64,000 nucleotides of DNA from Prorocentrum cordatum (taxonomy: Eukaryota). The DNA is taken from contig CAUYUJ010000003.1 in assembly GCA_963575745.1 (NCBI GenBank), forward strand, positions 1,426,001 through 1,490,000, given 5' to 3'. The translations under genes were made by a program, and so were the position numbers. This document shows, piece after piece, positions 43,771-55,942 of the stretch (position 1 is its first letter; each line of letters starts with the position of its first letter). The notes below the pieces were generated by a model. That model was not told the DNA's origin. It saw only the letters and a list, made by a program, of their open reading frames with translations, and ran no database searches.

Positions 43771-45229
43771 CGCGCGAGAAAGAGGCCCGCGCTGGGGCGA
43801 GAACGCCATCCTGAACGACGGAGGGAAAACACCGATCCGAAAATGAGGCCCACGCTGCAGCGGGAGCACGATTCGGAACGATTCGGGAGCAGGAATGAGG
43901 CCGGCGCCTCAGCGAGAGCAGCATTTTGAAAAAAAACGCAGGCGAAAACCCAACTCCCGGGAATCCTGTGTGTAAAAAACAGTACGCGGGGGGGGTCTAC
44001 TATTTTCAGGCCGCCTTCGGGGGAAGAGGGAGAGCAGTATTCATATTGAATAATTGTGGAGGAGGAGGAGGAGGAGGCGGAGGAGGAGGCGGAGGAGGAG
44101 GAGGCGGAGGAGAAGGCGGAGGAGAAGGCGGAGGAGGAGGAGGAGGAGGCGGAGGAGGAGGAGGAGGGACCCAGAACGCCACAGTCTTAGGACTCCCAAC
44201 GGTATAAAAAAGGAAGGGGAGACCTCCGCGGGACCCAGACCCCCTCGGGCCATGAAAGAAGCACGACGGAAGGCGTTTCGCTAGTTTCGGCCTCTGGGGA
44301 CCAGCCCTCGGGGCCGTCAACAAAACGACTGAGGATGAGAAGCCGGTCCCGGGGAGTGGGTTGATATCTCCGGGGTCGACGCTCTGAAAAACAAATCATG
44401 ACGTCGGGGGTCTGAGGACCAGGGGGATGGACATCGTGACGGGGGCCATCATCCTTTCCCTCATCTCGTGGCCCCGCTTCGGCTCCTTTCCATGCGGCCC
44501 GCGCGGTTGCCTCTTTGTCCGCGTGCCTCGGGCCATGATTTGCGAAGTCCCCCCGTGGACGCCCCCCTCTGAGGGTTTTTCGCTATGTTCGGCTTCCGGG
44601 GGCCCTCGCCAGGCCTCGGGAGTCGACTCAGGATGAAAAACCGGTCCCCGTGAATGGGCCCCGACCTGGGGGTCGCGTCATAAACAAAAATCATGACGTC
44701 GGGGATCTGCATGGGATCCTCGAGAGGGGTGCGTCCGAAGAGCCCCCTTTGGGGTGCATCCCAGGGTTCCCCTCCCTTCCTGAGCGGCCTCACCTCGGTC
44801 GAAAAGTTTGTGGTTTGGAGAGAAAAGTCGCCGGCGATGACCAGCGTGGGCCCCGGGGGTCCAGACCTTTTCCCCGGGGCCAGCTTTCCGTCCCGAGTCG
44901 TTCTGCGCACGCTCCCGAGGCCCAGCGAGGGCCCCCGGAGGCCCAACAGTGCCCGAGTCCCGCCGCTCCAGGTTGTCTTGGAACGTCGGGTCTCTGGGTC
45001 CCCGAGCCCTCTCCTCTGGCGCCCCCCGACCCGAGCCCGAGTGCTGCCTCCCCCCCCCCTCGGGGCCGCCCCCCTCGGGCGCGCCAGCCTCCCGCCGCCG
45101 CGCGCCCCACTGAGCGCTGGCACGGGTTTCGTCCCCCAGCCTGCAGCCGTCCTTCCCGACGTTTCGGCAGAGCACCGACCGTTGAGAAAGCATTGTTCGG
45201 CACCTTGAAAGGAGACATGGCGACCAATA

Positions 45230-45418
45230 TGACGAACCAACAACACACACCCATACCCATAGGGGGGTCGGAGAGGGCTATGGGTGCGTGTTGTCGGATG
45301 GGGGTCCCCGCTCGAACGGGAGCGTTCCCCAGGGTCCGGCAACCCGCACCCATACCCATAGCCAGTCCTCCTCTCAACGACCCCCCTATGGGTATGGGTG
45401 TGTGTTGCTCGTTCGTCA
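45230..45418. mobile_element. 189-bp MITE with TG...CA ends and 5-bp TSD
   Basis: ~41-bp TIR tgacgaac.a.caacacacacccatacccataggggggtcg; caata duplicated at 45225-45229 and 45419-45423. Confidence 0.88.
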
Positions 45419-46349
45419 CAATAGTTCGATGCGTTCACGAGGGCACCGTGCTGCTCCGAGATTGGAGGACCCCTGCCGCCCCCGCCTCGCCCGTGGGGAG
45501 CGGGGCGCCTCCCCGCGGCGCCTCTGCCGAGCGGCTCCGGCGAGGGCTCGCCGCGCTCCCCGCCCGCGGAGCTCCGCCGGGCCCGCTCGAGCCGCCCGGG
45601 AGCGCTCGAGCCCCGCGCCTCCCCCTCCTCCTCCTCCTCCTCCTCCTCCTCCTCCTCCTCCTCCTCCTCCTCCTCCTCCTCCTCCTCCTCCTCCTCCTCC
45701 TCCTCCTCCTCCTCCCCTCCTCCTCCGCCCCTCCTCCTCCTCCTCTCCTCCTCCCCTCCTCCTCCTCCTCTCCTCCTCTCCTCCTCCTCCTCCTCCTCCT
45801 CCTCATCCTCCTCCTCCTCCTCCTCCTCCTCCTCCCCCTCCTCCTCTTTCAGGGTACATTAACTCCTCCTCCTCCTCCTCCTCCTCCTCCTCCTCCTCCT
45901 CCTCCTCATCCTCCTCCTCCGCCTTTTTTTACGTTCGCCCGACATGTTAGGTGCGAGCTTGTTGCGTTTGTGAGGTGCAGCATGGAGATAATAAGGTACG
46001 CCTCGGGTCAAAAAGGCACCTGGCGGGCGCCGCGGAACATGTAATAAAGAGAGACGATGGACAAGAGTAGACAGTTGAGTAGGCGCCCGCCAGGTCTAAG
46101 TGTAGCTCTGGTACCTTAGTATCCTCGCCTCTTGTAAACATGGTACAGATCATCCCTCTCCTCTAGGTGCATGCTGCGAACTGTGCAAAGGTAATACAGA
46201 AAGAGAGTGTTCTCCACCGCCGCTCCTAACATAGTAGTAGGCCTCCGCTGGTAGCGGTCAACACGTATGCTGTAGATAATATTTTCTGCGCAAGCTGCTT
46301 TGCTGGGGTTTATGCGTGGGCAGACTGCTCACGTATAGCCTGGTGCAAG

Positions 46350-47430
46350 AAGAAGGTGAGAGTGTGTGAGGTTTTTTTTTTCAGTGCGCTGCAAGAGGAA
46401 TTTTAAGGTTTACCTCTAACCTGTGAAAAAAGGGCGTGCGATCATTGGGCTGCTACCCAGGGTTTTGTAGGGTAACCCCGAACATATGTAGTAAGTACCT
46501 CCGCCGATACCACCATAATAAAAGTAATAGCCTCCGACTCCACGAATAGCAAAGTGTGAGTACCATTCTTGCAGCCTAGCTGCGTCCGAGGCTGCATGTG
46601 TTGGTGCGCACTGTGCGCTGCTAACTGTCGGTACAATGTGTACCGAAAGAATGGCAGTCGCTGAAATAAGTTTGCCTGGCTGTGTCCGAGGCTTCGTGTG
46701 CGATGGGGTTTTGAAGGTTAGCCCTTAACCTCAAAGGTGAAGAACGGGCACTCTTTGGGCTACTACCCAGGGTTTTGTAGGCTAACCCCGAACCTGAGGG
46801 GAGAGGTCCACAAGCATGCGGATTAGGAGGGTGTAGGACAAGGGAGAACGTCAAGAAACGAGTGGGAGTGTGTGAGGGCTTTTTTGCTGCGTAATACGGT
46901 ATTGCTGCAAGAGGGTTTTTGAGGTTACCCCTCACTTGTGAAAAAAAGGCGTGCGATCTTTGGGTTGCTACCCAGGGCTTTGCAGGGTAACCCCGAACGT
47001 ATGTAGTAAGTACCTCCGCCGATACCACCACTGAATAGAAGTAATAGCCTCCGACTCCACGAGTAGCAAAAAATGAGTACCATTCTTGCAGCCTGGCTAT
47101 GTCCGAGGCTGCATGTGTTGGTGCGCATTGTGCACTGCTAACTGTCGGTGCAATGTGTACCGAAAGAATGGCAGTCGCTAAAATAGTGCTGCCTGGCTGT
47201 GTCTGAGGCTGCATGCGCTATGGGGTTTTGAAGGTTAACCCTTAACCTCAAAGGTAAATAACGTGCACTCTTTGGGCTGCTACCCAGGGTTTTGTAGGCT
47301 AACCCCGAACCTGAGGGGAGAGGTCCACGAGGATGCGGATAAGGAGGGTGTAGGACAAGGGAGATGTACGAGAAGAAAATCCAGCAATCTCAGGGCTGCT
47401 ACCCAGGGTTTTGTAGGCTACCCCCCAACC
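46350..47430. repeat. ~515-bp tandem duplication with internal gggctgctacccagggttttgtagg subrepeat
   Basis: tgtgaaaaaa.ggcgtgcgatc at ~46422 and ~46937; subrepeat at ~46447, 46757, 46962, 47275, 47393. Confidence 0.9.
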
Positions 47431-48410
47431 TTTTATACGCAAGCACCACTGACGTGTGAGAGGAGCCGCGAGGAGGAAGAGGGACGGTGTATTGCAGGTC
47501 AGTGGTAATGGTATACAGACTGCCTGCTGAATGGCTGTGCTGCCTTTCAATACGGGCCCTTCTGCGGTAATTGACCCACTAGGAGTACTCGATGTGGAGG
47601 TTGCGGTCGTCTGCCGTGTATCATGTGTTGTGGGTCGGTTGTTATGTCTGGCTCGGTCCTCCTCCTCCTCCTCCTCCTCCTCCTCCTCCTCCTCCTCAGA
47701 GGCCAGAGTGCTGACCGTTACACCGTTACGTGCGGGCTCGAGGGCCGCGACGAGGGCCGCGCGCCGCGCCCTCGCGGGCGGCGCGGAGCGCGCAGAGGGG
47801 GCGGCCCGGGAAGGCCCCGCGGAGCCTACGTCGCCGCGCCGCGGGCTCCGGCGCGAGGGCGCCGTGCTCGCCGCGAGACCCCCGGGCCCAGACCCCCTCG
47901 GGTCATGAAAAAATCACGACGGGAGGTTTTTCGCCATTTTCGGCCTCTGGGGGCCCTCACCGGGCCTCGGGACCGTCAGAAAGCGACCCAGGATGAAAAA
48001 CGGGTCCCGGGGAATGGGTCTGGACCTCGTGGGGGTCGCGTCATGAAAAAAACATGACGTCGGGGGTCTGGGGGGGGGCGATGTCCCCCAGGCGCCCCCC
48101 GCGGTGCCGCTCCTTCTGCTCGACCGCTGTCCTGCTGCTGCTGGGCCTCCTCCTTCCCGTCCTCGTGGGGCCTTCGGGGGAGATGCCATGGAATGATCGA
48201 GGCTCGAGGTTCCCGTCGGTTCGGGGGGCCACGGGGAGCCACGGGGGGCCACGGGGGGCCACGGCTCCCAGGGGAGATTCGCGGGGCCTGCGGGGAGCCA
48301 CGGGGGGATCGAGGTGCGAGGTTCGAGGTTGCCCGACGCTTTCGTCGGGTGTTCCCAGCGGTGTTCCAGCCTCGGGGTGCTCTCCAGCAGCTGCGGCTCG
48401 CCGAGGGCGT

Positions 48411-48651
48411 TCCGCACGTGCCTGGGCGAGATTGGCTGTCGGGCCCCCACCGGCGAGGAATGGGCGACTTGGGGTCGATGCAACCCCCCTGAGCCAATCC
48501 CCCTCTTACGTTGCCCCTTGCTTTCGGGTCATAACTCTCCGGCGGCCGTTCGGAACGCGTCCCGAACGGCCGCCGGGGAGCAGGCGACCCCAAGTCGCCC
48601 ATTCATCGCCGGCGGGGGCCCGACAGCCCATCTCGCCCAGGCACGTGCGGA
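48411..48651. mobile_element. Foldback/MITE with ~67-bp TIRs and an internal hairpin
   Basis: tccgcacgtgcctgggcgagat.ggctgtcgggccccc.ccggcga.gaatgggcgacttggggtcg mirrored at the right end; inner palindrome at ~48537-48580. Confidence 0.88.
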
Positions 48652-48772
48652 TCTGCCCGCCCGGGCCTGTCGCTGATCTGATCTATCGGTGACGTACCGC
48701 CGATCTTCTTGCTCGATGTTCCCCCCCTCCCCCCCCGAGCCGGTGGCCCCCTCGCGTTCTGTCTCAGTCTTG

Positions 48773-50071
48773 AGAGGCGGAGGAGGAGGAGGAGGAGGAG
48801 GAGGAGGAGGAGGAGGAGGAGGAGGAGGAGAGCAGGAGGAGGAGGAGGAGGAGGAGGAGGAGGAGGAGGAGGAGGAGGAGGAGGAGGAGGAGGAGGAGAG
48901 GAGGCGGGAGGAGGGAGGAGGAGGAGGAGGAGGAGGAGGAGGAGGAGGGGGAGGGGAGACGCGTCTTGAGATCTGCTCGCTGTGCTTGGCCCCCCAGGGC
49001 CCTCCGCGGGCCTGCGGGCTTTGGTCGGAGAGCAGGTCGGGGTCCGGGGGCCTGCGGTGCCGCTCGGGCGTCGCGCGACGGGGGGGGCGGCGAGGAGGAG
49101 GAGGAGGAGGAGGAGGAGGAGGAGGAGGAGGAGGAGGAGAGGAGGAGGAGGAGGAGGAGGAGGAGGAGGAGGAGGAGGAGGTAGGAGGCGGAGGAGGAGG
49201 AGGAGGAGGAGGAGGAGGAGATGAGGAGAGGAGGAGGGAGGAGGAGGAGGAGGAGGAGGAGGAGGAGGAGGGGAGGAGGAGGAGGAGGAGGAGGAGGGAG
49301 GAGGGAGGAGGAGGAGGGAGGAGGGAGGAGGGAGGAGGGAGGCGGAGGGAGGAGGGAGGAGGGAGGAAGGAGGAGGGAGGAGGGAGGAGGAGGAGGGGAG
49401 GAGGGAGGGAGGAGGAGGAGGGAGGAAGGAAGGAGGGAGAGGGAGGAGGGAGGAGGGAGAGGAGGGGGAGGAGGGAGGAGGGAGGAGGGATGAGGGAGGA
49501 GGGAGGAGGAGGAGGGGGGAGGGGAGGGAGGAGGGGAGGAGGGAGGAGGGGAGGAGGGAGGAGGAGGAGGGAGGAGGGAGGAGGAGGAGGAGGAGGAGGG
49601 AGGAGGAGAGGAGGAGGAGGAGGAGGAGGAGGAGGAGGAGGAGGAGGAGGAGGAGGGGAGGAGAGAGGAGGAGGAGGAGGAGGAGGAGGAGGAGGAGGAG
49701 CAGAGGAGGAGGAGGAGGAGGAGGAGGAGGAGGAGCAGCAGAGGAGGAGGAGGAGGAGGAGGAGGAGGAGGAGGAGGAGGAGGAGGAGGAGGAGGAAAAA
49801 TAATAAGAAGAATAAGAAGAAAAATAATAAGAGAAGACGAAGAATAATAATAATCATAATAATAATAAGAAGAATAAGAAAGAATAAGAAGAAGAATAAT
49901 AATAATAATATTAATAAGAAGAATAAGAAGAAGAAGAGGAGGAGGAGGAGAAGGAGGAGGAGGAGCAGCAGGAGGAGGAGGAGGAGGAGGAGCAGGAGCA
50001 GGAGCAGGAGGAGGAGGAGGAGGAGGAGGAGGAGGAGGAGGAGGAGGAGGAGGAGGAGGAGGAGGAGGAGG
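48773..50071. repeat. (GGA)n arrays with an (AAT/AAG)n segment
   Basis: Directly visible. Confidence 0.96.
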
Positions 50072-51001
50072 ATAGAGATCTGCGAGTGCAGTATTCCCTG
50101 AGATCGGGGCGACCCACTTTTTTCGAGCCGGGCGTTTTCGCTCCCTTTCGGGCCCCAGGACCCTCACAGATCGATCCGGCCCCCCAAAAATGGCGCAGAA
50201 AGATGGGGTCCGGGGGTCCGGTCGTGATTTTTCTGCGATGTTGGATTTTTTCTGCAACGTCGGATCTCAGGGTTCGGCTTCCAGGCCAGATCCCCCCAGG
50301 TGCGCAAGCCGAACGGGGCAGGCATGCATGGCTAGATCCGAAGCACGGGGGGGGGGGGAGGGGAGGGCGAAGGAGAGTGCACAGCTGGTGCCCCCCCTGG
50401 GGCCCACGAGGGCTACCACCACCTGGGGCCCAGCAGGGGCCCCGAAGGACGCGCGCTTCTCGCCCGCCATTCTCGCCCCCCACCACTCTCGCTCCCCGCC
50501 CGGAGGGGGCCCGCTTCTCGCTCCCCGCCCTGGGTGCACGCTGCTCGCTCCCCGCCCGGAGGGGGCCAACTTCTCGCCCCGGGGGCCCGCCGTGCTGCCC
50601 GCTCGCCCGGCCGAGCTCGGCCTTCGCGCTTCGATCTCGACGACGCCAGCGAGGCCGAGGACGCCGAGGTCCTCGGACGCCGTCGTGTTCGTCGAGGTCT
50701 TCGACGAGGCCGTCGACGAGGTCGTCGACGAGGTCGTTTTCGTCGGAAAGAGCGCGTTCTGTGGTCGCTTGGAGGGGTGTGTGTTTGGAACTCGACCCCC
50801 CCCCCTTTCCCGTGACGGAGGGGGGGGGGTTCGAGCCCCCCCCCTCCCTTCCTTCCCTACTTCTCCTCTCTCCCTCTCCTCTGGCCGGCGCCTGCGTCGG
50901 CGCCGGCTGGCGGCGGCGGCGGGGCCGACGACTTCCTTTTCTGGGCCGGCGCCTGCGCCTGCGGCGGCGGGCGGCGGCGTCGGAGCGTTGGCGAGGACGA
51001 C

Positions 51002-51583
51002 GGTGGTGGTGGTGGTGGTGGGTTGTGGTGGTGGTGGTGGCGGTGGTGGTGGTTGTGGTAGTGGTGGTGATGTGGTGGTTTGTTGTAGTGGTGGTGGTTG
51101 TGGTGGTGGTTGTGGTGGTGGTGGTGGTGGGGGGGGTTGGTGGTAGTTTGGTGGTGGTGTTGTGGTGGTTTGTGGTGGTGGTAGTGTGTTCGTGGTGGTA
51201 GGTTGTGGTGGTGGCGGTGGTTTGTGGAGGTGGTGCTGGTTGGTGGTGGTGGTGGTGGCGGTGGCGTTGGTGTTGTGGTGGTTTGTGGTGTGGTGGTGGT
51301 GGTGGTGGTGGTGGTGGGTTGTGCTGCTGCTAGTGGTGGTGGTTGTGGCGGTGGTGGTGGTGGTGGTGGTGTGGTAGATTGTGGTGGTGGCGGTGGTGGT
51401 AGTGGTGGTGGGTTTTTTTGGTGGACGGTGGTGGTGAGTTGTGGTGGTGGTGGTGGTTGTGGTGGTGGTGGCTGTGGTGGCGGTGGTGGTGGTTGTGTGG
51501 TGGGTTGGTGGTGGGTTGCGGTGGTGGTGGTGGTGGTGACAGTGGTAGTGGTAGTGGTGGTGATGGTGGTGGTAGTGGTGGTA
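51002..51583. repeat. (GGT)n microsatellite
   Basis: Directly visible. Confidence 0.96.
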
Positions 51584-52357
51584 ATCGACACTGCGTCCCC
51601 GCCGTCGCCGGCGCCGGCGACGGCGCTGCTGGCCGCCGCCAGCGCCGGCGCCAGCGCGGGCGCGGGGGGGGGGGGTTGGACCCTTCCCCCCCCATTGGGC
51701 TGCCGGCCTCTGGTCATCGTCGCTGTCTCTGCCGTCGGCGCTGCTGGCGGCCGCCAGCGCCGGCGCTGGCGCTGGCGCCAGGGGGGGGAGTTGAGGGAGG
51801 GGGGAGGGGGGTTCGGGAAGGGGGGGCTTGGGGGGGAGGGGAGTCCCCATGGTTCTGATCGTCGGCGCCGGGTGTTTGGGGGGTCCCCCGGTTCGAAACG
51901 CGCCGCCGAATGTTCCCAAGGCAAGCGCCCGTGAAACGCGCTCTCTCTTTTTCGTCGAGGTCGTCGTCGAGGTCGCCCGACCTACAGGACCCGCTTTCCT
52001 GCCAGGAGGCCCGGAGATCTGAGGCTCCAGCACAGCTTGAAGCGGCGGGATTTGGGCAGTTTGGGGCCTGCCGGGGCCCGCCGGCCCCGGGGACGTGATC
52101 CGGACCTCCGGGGCCCACGCCTCGAGAGCATTGGGGCGGCAGGGTGCCTGGGTGCCGGGAAGGAAAGCGCGAGAGCACCGTCGCGGGCGCTGCAGGGGGG
52201 CTCCGCAGGCCATCGGGGGGCTCACGCCCCTGGCGGCCGCACCCCCCCGGCGCCCGCGAGGGTTGGCGGTCGCGTCGGCAGCAGTGGGCTTGCCGTGCCC
52301 CCCGGCCGCTGCCTCGAGCACCGCCTCCGCCGACTGCCAGCAAGTTGTAGACGACTT

Positions 52358-52830
52358 GTGCGCGGCGCGGAGGCGAGAGCCACATTTGGCAAGCGGCCGG
52401 CCTTCCTCCGATGAGACGTTTGCAAGCGTTCAAGATGACTGCGCGCGGCGCTCAGGGGGGAGAGCCACCTTTTGAAAACGACGCACCCTCCATCCGAGAA
52501 GGTCTTGCCAGCTTTTACCGCAAGTGTGCGCGGCGCTACGGCGAGAGCCACATTTTGAAAACGAGCCGCCCTGCTAGCCTTTATGGCGAAGGCGCGCGGA
52601 GGCGGGAACCACATTTTGAAAACAGCCCGCCCTCCATCCGTGCACCTGTTGCAATCTTTCATGGCGAATGTGCGCGGCGCTTAGACGAGAGCCACCTGTT
52701 GAAAAGGAACCGCTCTCCTTCCGAGAAAATGTTGCGTACTTCTGAAATTGTGCGCGGCGCTACGGCAAGAGCCACATTGTGAAAACGGCCCGCCCTTCAT
52801 CCGCGAAACTGGTGCGAACTTCACATTTCA
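52358..52830. repeat. Degenerate ~80-bp minisatellite, about 6 copies
   Basis: gcgcggcgc...gagagccacattttgaaaac recurs at ~52360, 52443, 52527, 52592, 52672, 52751. Confidence 0.85.
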
Positions 52831-54589
52831 GGGGTGTAACTGGTGAGGAAGTCTCCGCCGAAACGCCCGGCCCACGCTGCCGATCCGTCTCGGGGTGCGA
52901 CAGGGAGGAGATGTTTGGCAAGGAAGAGGGGTGGAGGTGGAGGAGGCCCGTCGGTCGGACTCGGCATTGCAGCAGTCTGCGCGCCGTCAGAAGAGGAGCG
53001 AGGAGGGATGCTCGTGGAGTAACCAGGCGCGCCTTAGGTCACCGGTGGAGGAGGGCGGAGGGAGGATGAGCAGGGAGGAGGAGGAGGAGGAGGAGGAGGA
53101 GGAGGAGGAGGAGGAGGAGGAAGAGGAGGAGTGTGGGGGAGGGAAGGGATGAGGAGGAGGATGAGGAGGAGCAGGAGGGGGAGGAACGGGGGGGGGAGGG
53201 AAAGGGGGAGGGGGCAAGCCAGGTGCGCTCGCGCCATGTCTGACATTCTATATCACTCCTTAGCGTCCCTTCCCATTGCGCGGACTTTTTATGCATTCGT
53301 AGCAGACCTGGAACTCCAAAACAGACACCATCGTGTTATTCGCAATCGGTAAAAATGGGAGCTGCATGCGTGCATAGGGGAGGAGGAGCAGGAGGAGGAG
53401 GAGGAGGAGGAGGAGGAGGAGGAGGAGGAGGAGGAGGAGGAGGAGGGGGGGAGGAGGAGCCACCAGCAGCAACCCGACCCACCAAGGCGGGGCTGTGGGG
53501 GGTCGCGCCCGAGCGGCGCCCCGACCCGGAGTCCTGTGCTGGGGGGCCGCCGGGGAGGCGGAGGAGGAGGAGGAGGAGGAGGAGGAGGAGGAGGAGGAGG
53601 AGAAGGAGGAGGCGGAGGAGATCCTCCTCCTCCCCCGCACGCACCAGAAGCCGTTTGGGCCGTGAATTAGGAAAAGAGCACGCCAGCGCCCCCCCCCCCC
53701 TCTCTATGGCGTCCGCCGTGTCCTGGCAGCGCGCCGAGCGCGCTGGGTTCTCGCCCCTCCCGAGCGTGGAGACCGAGGCGCGGCCGCCGCCACTGCCTGG
53801 CTGCCGCTGCCGGTGCCTGGCATCACCCAGGGGATCCGATGCTCCAGCCAAAACTGGAGCGGCGGGATTCTGGCAGTCTTCGGCCTCCGGGGGCCCTGCG
53901 GGCCTCGGGGGCGAGGACAGAGCGACCCGGGACGAACAACGGGCCCCGGGGAACCCGGGGAAGTGGTCGACCTCTGCATGGGGCCCGCGCCCCGAAAACC
54001 GGAGCGGCCGGATGTCTGGGACCGTAGCTGCGCGCCGCGTCGCTGCGCCGCGGCGGCGACGACGGCGCGGGCGCTCAGGGTCGAACGCCCTCTCGGGGGG
54101 GCCGTCTCGGGCCCGTGCACGGGGGGCCCTACGGAGGGCAACCCACGGCGCGAGCTCCACGCGAGGTGCGGGGGCCGTTGCGTGAGGTCCAGCCCCGGGC
54201 CTCCTCCCCAGGCCGGTTTTTTGGGAGGTCGAGTCGCCGCGGCGATCGCGGTGGCCACACGTCGGGGCACGGCTTGTTGTGAAGGAGTGGCATCTGCCCC
54301 GTGCCAGCCTCCCAGTCCCGCCCCGCTTTGCGATGTAGACGTGGCGCATGATCTACCGAATCGCAACAGAAAGCTGTCAATGTATGTCCAACATGGGCAG
54401 TCATGTTGTTGGTTAAGGACCTATAATCACGCAACCAAATGGGGTCGGCAGCGTCCAGGCACTTTCCGAGAGAGATCCTCAAGTATTGAAAGGTTCGCGC
54501 GGGGTCAGAAACCAGAGCACGTCGTCGAGACAGGTGACGAACACCCCAAGCTGTCCGATGAAAGGCAGAGAGAGAGGGGGAAAGAGAGA

Positions 54590-54975
54590 GACACACACAA
54601 GCACACACATGCACACCACACCACAACACACCACAAGACAACACACCACACCACAACACAGCACACCGCACTACAACACAACACAACACAACACAACACA
54701 ACACACCACACCACACCACACCACACCACACCACACCACACACACACACGCACACACGCACGCACGCACGCACGCACGCACGCACATACGCACCTACGCA
54801 CACCCACACACATACACACGCACACACGCACACACGCACACACCCACACCCACACACCCACACGCACACAAACAAAAACAAACAAACAAGCCAGCAAGCG
54901 AACAAACGATCAAGCAAACAGACAGACACACACACACACATGTACACACAATCGCACCCACAGTCCCACACACAA
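54590..54975. repeat. (CA)n/(CACAC)n/(CGCA)n microsatellite
   Basis: Directly visible. Confidence 0.93.
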
Positions 54976-55819
54976 TACCGTAACTTGCTGCACCGATTTT
55001 GTTACCCCACTCGAGCAAAGCACACCTCACGACACGAAGCGCAGGCTGTTCAGTCAGAGTGGGTGGGGGCCCTGGTCAGGTGCGGTAGAGGGGGGGTGAT
55101 CGTCCAGGGCGTCCTCGTTGCGGCTCCCCTCCCGCCTGCGGGTGTGACAGAGCTTACGCATGTTTCGCCAATGGGCCTGGCTGGTTTGGTTAACCGCATG
55201 CCCGCGGTAATACAGCATCCCCCCTTACCCCCTGAGTGTTTTTCAGGATTCGTGCTCAACCAACTCCTTCAAGCTCCTGGGGAAGGCTTCTCCAGATCAG
55301 CTTGGGAGGTCATTCAAGACCCATCCACACATTTCAACATCGATATCTCCGGGAAAAAACACGATCCTCCCAGGACCCCGAATCTGATTATCCCCATGGT
55401 ACGGTTATCACGAGCACAGGGTTAGAGAGCCGGTCGTGACCTCGGCCATTTGCTCTGCTGAGCGTTTGTTCCACTCTAGGCGTGCCCAGGGCCATGCAGG
55501 CAGACGCAGACACAAGCAGAGACAGGCACAGGTACAGGTATACGCAGTCGGAGGCGAATTGGCGGACAGAGTCGGGCAGACATAGACAGAGACAGGCGGA
55601 CAGAGACCGAGACGGATATAGAGACCTCTGCCGAGACAGGGACCGCAGCCGGAGACGAATCCGGAGACAGAGATGGAGACAGGGGACATCGGCATAGTGA
55701 GACAGGCGCAGACACATACTGACATGACCGTGCCGAGCAGCAGGACATGCCGCGGGCGCGTGTCCCCGCAACAGCGACTCCTTGCAGCGTGCCCTTGTTA
55801 CGAGAAGAAGCTACTCCGT

Positions 55820-55841
55820 TCCGTTGCCGGTTTGGCTCAAG
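55820..55841 (+). other. Relic dinoflagellate spliced-leader sequence
   Basis: tccgttgccggtttggctcaag vs DCCGTAGCCATTTTGGCTCAAG: 19/22 identical, 3' 11 nt exact, 101 nt upstream of an ATG. Confidence 0.8.
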
Positions 55842-55942
55842 CGCTGTGGCCGCCTCGAGTGTCCCGCCTGGCCTCCAGTAACGAGCTGGCTCGCTCGCGC
55901 GGGCAGGGCGTTGTTCCGGCCGAGCCTCCCCGCCCCGAGCTG

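Larger units (their letters stand above)
40900..54300. other. Chain of short exon-like islands (probable multi-exon host gene or pseudogene; strand and frame unresolved)
   Basis: Unique 50-220 nt islands with coding-like composition between repeats, e.g. minus AALWAGLELLALEHVFVQGDAARGYPSTR (~41870-41960), TLFAVVQLLFAASDL (~41760-41805), TLVIAGDFSLQTTNFSTEVRPLRK (~44720-44850). No family recognised. Confidence 0.35.

Noticed and set aside
48529..52321. 442-684 aa Pro/Gly/Glu/Thr-rich ORFs
   Set aside because: Mostly translations of (GGA)n and (GGT)n; only small islands may be exonic
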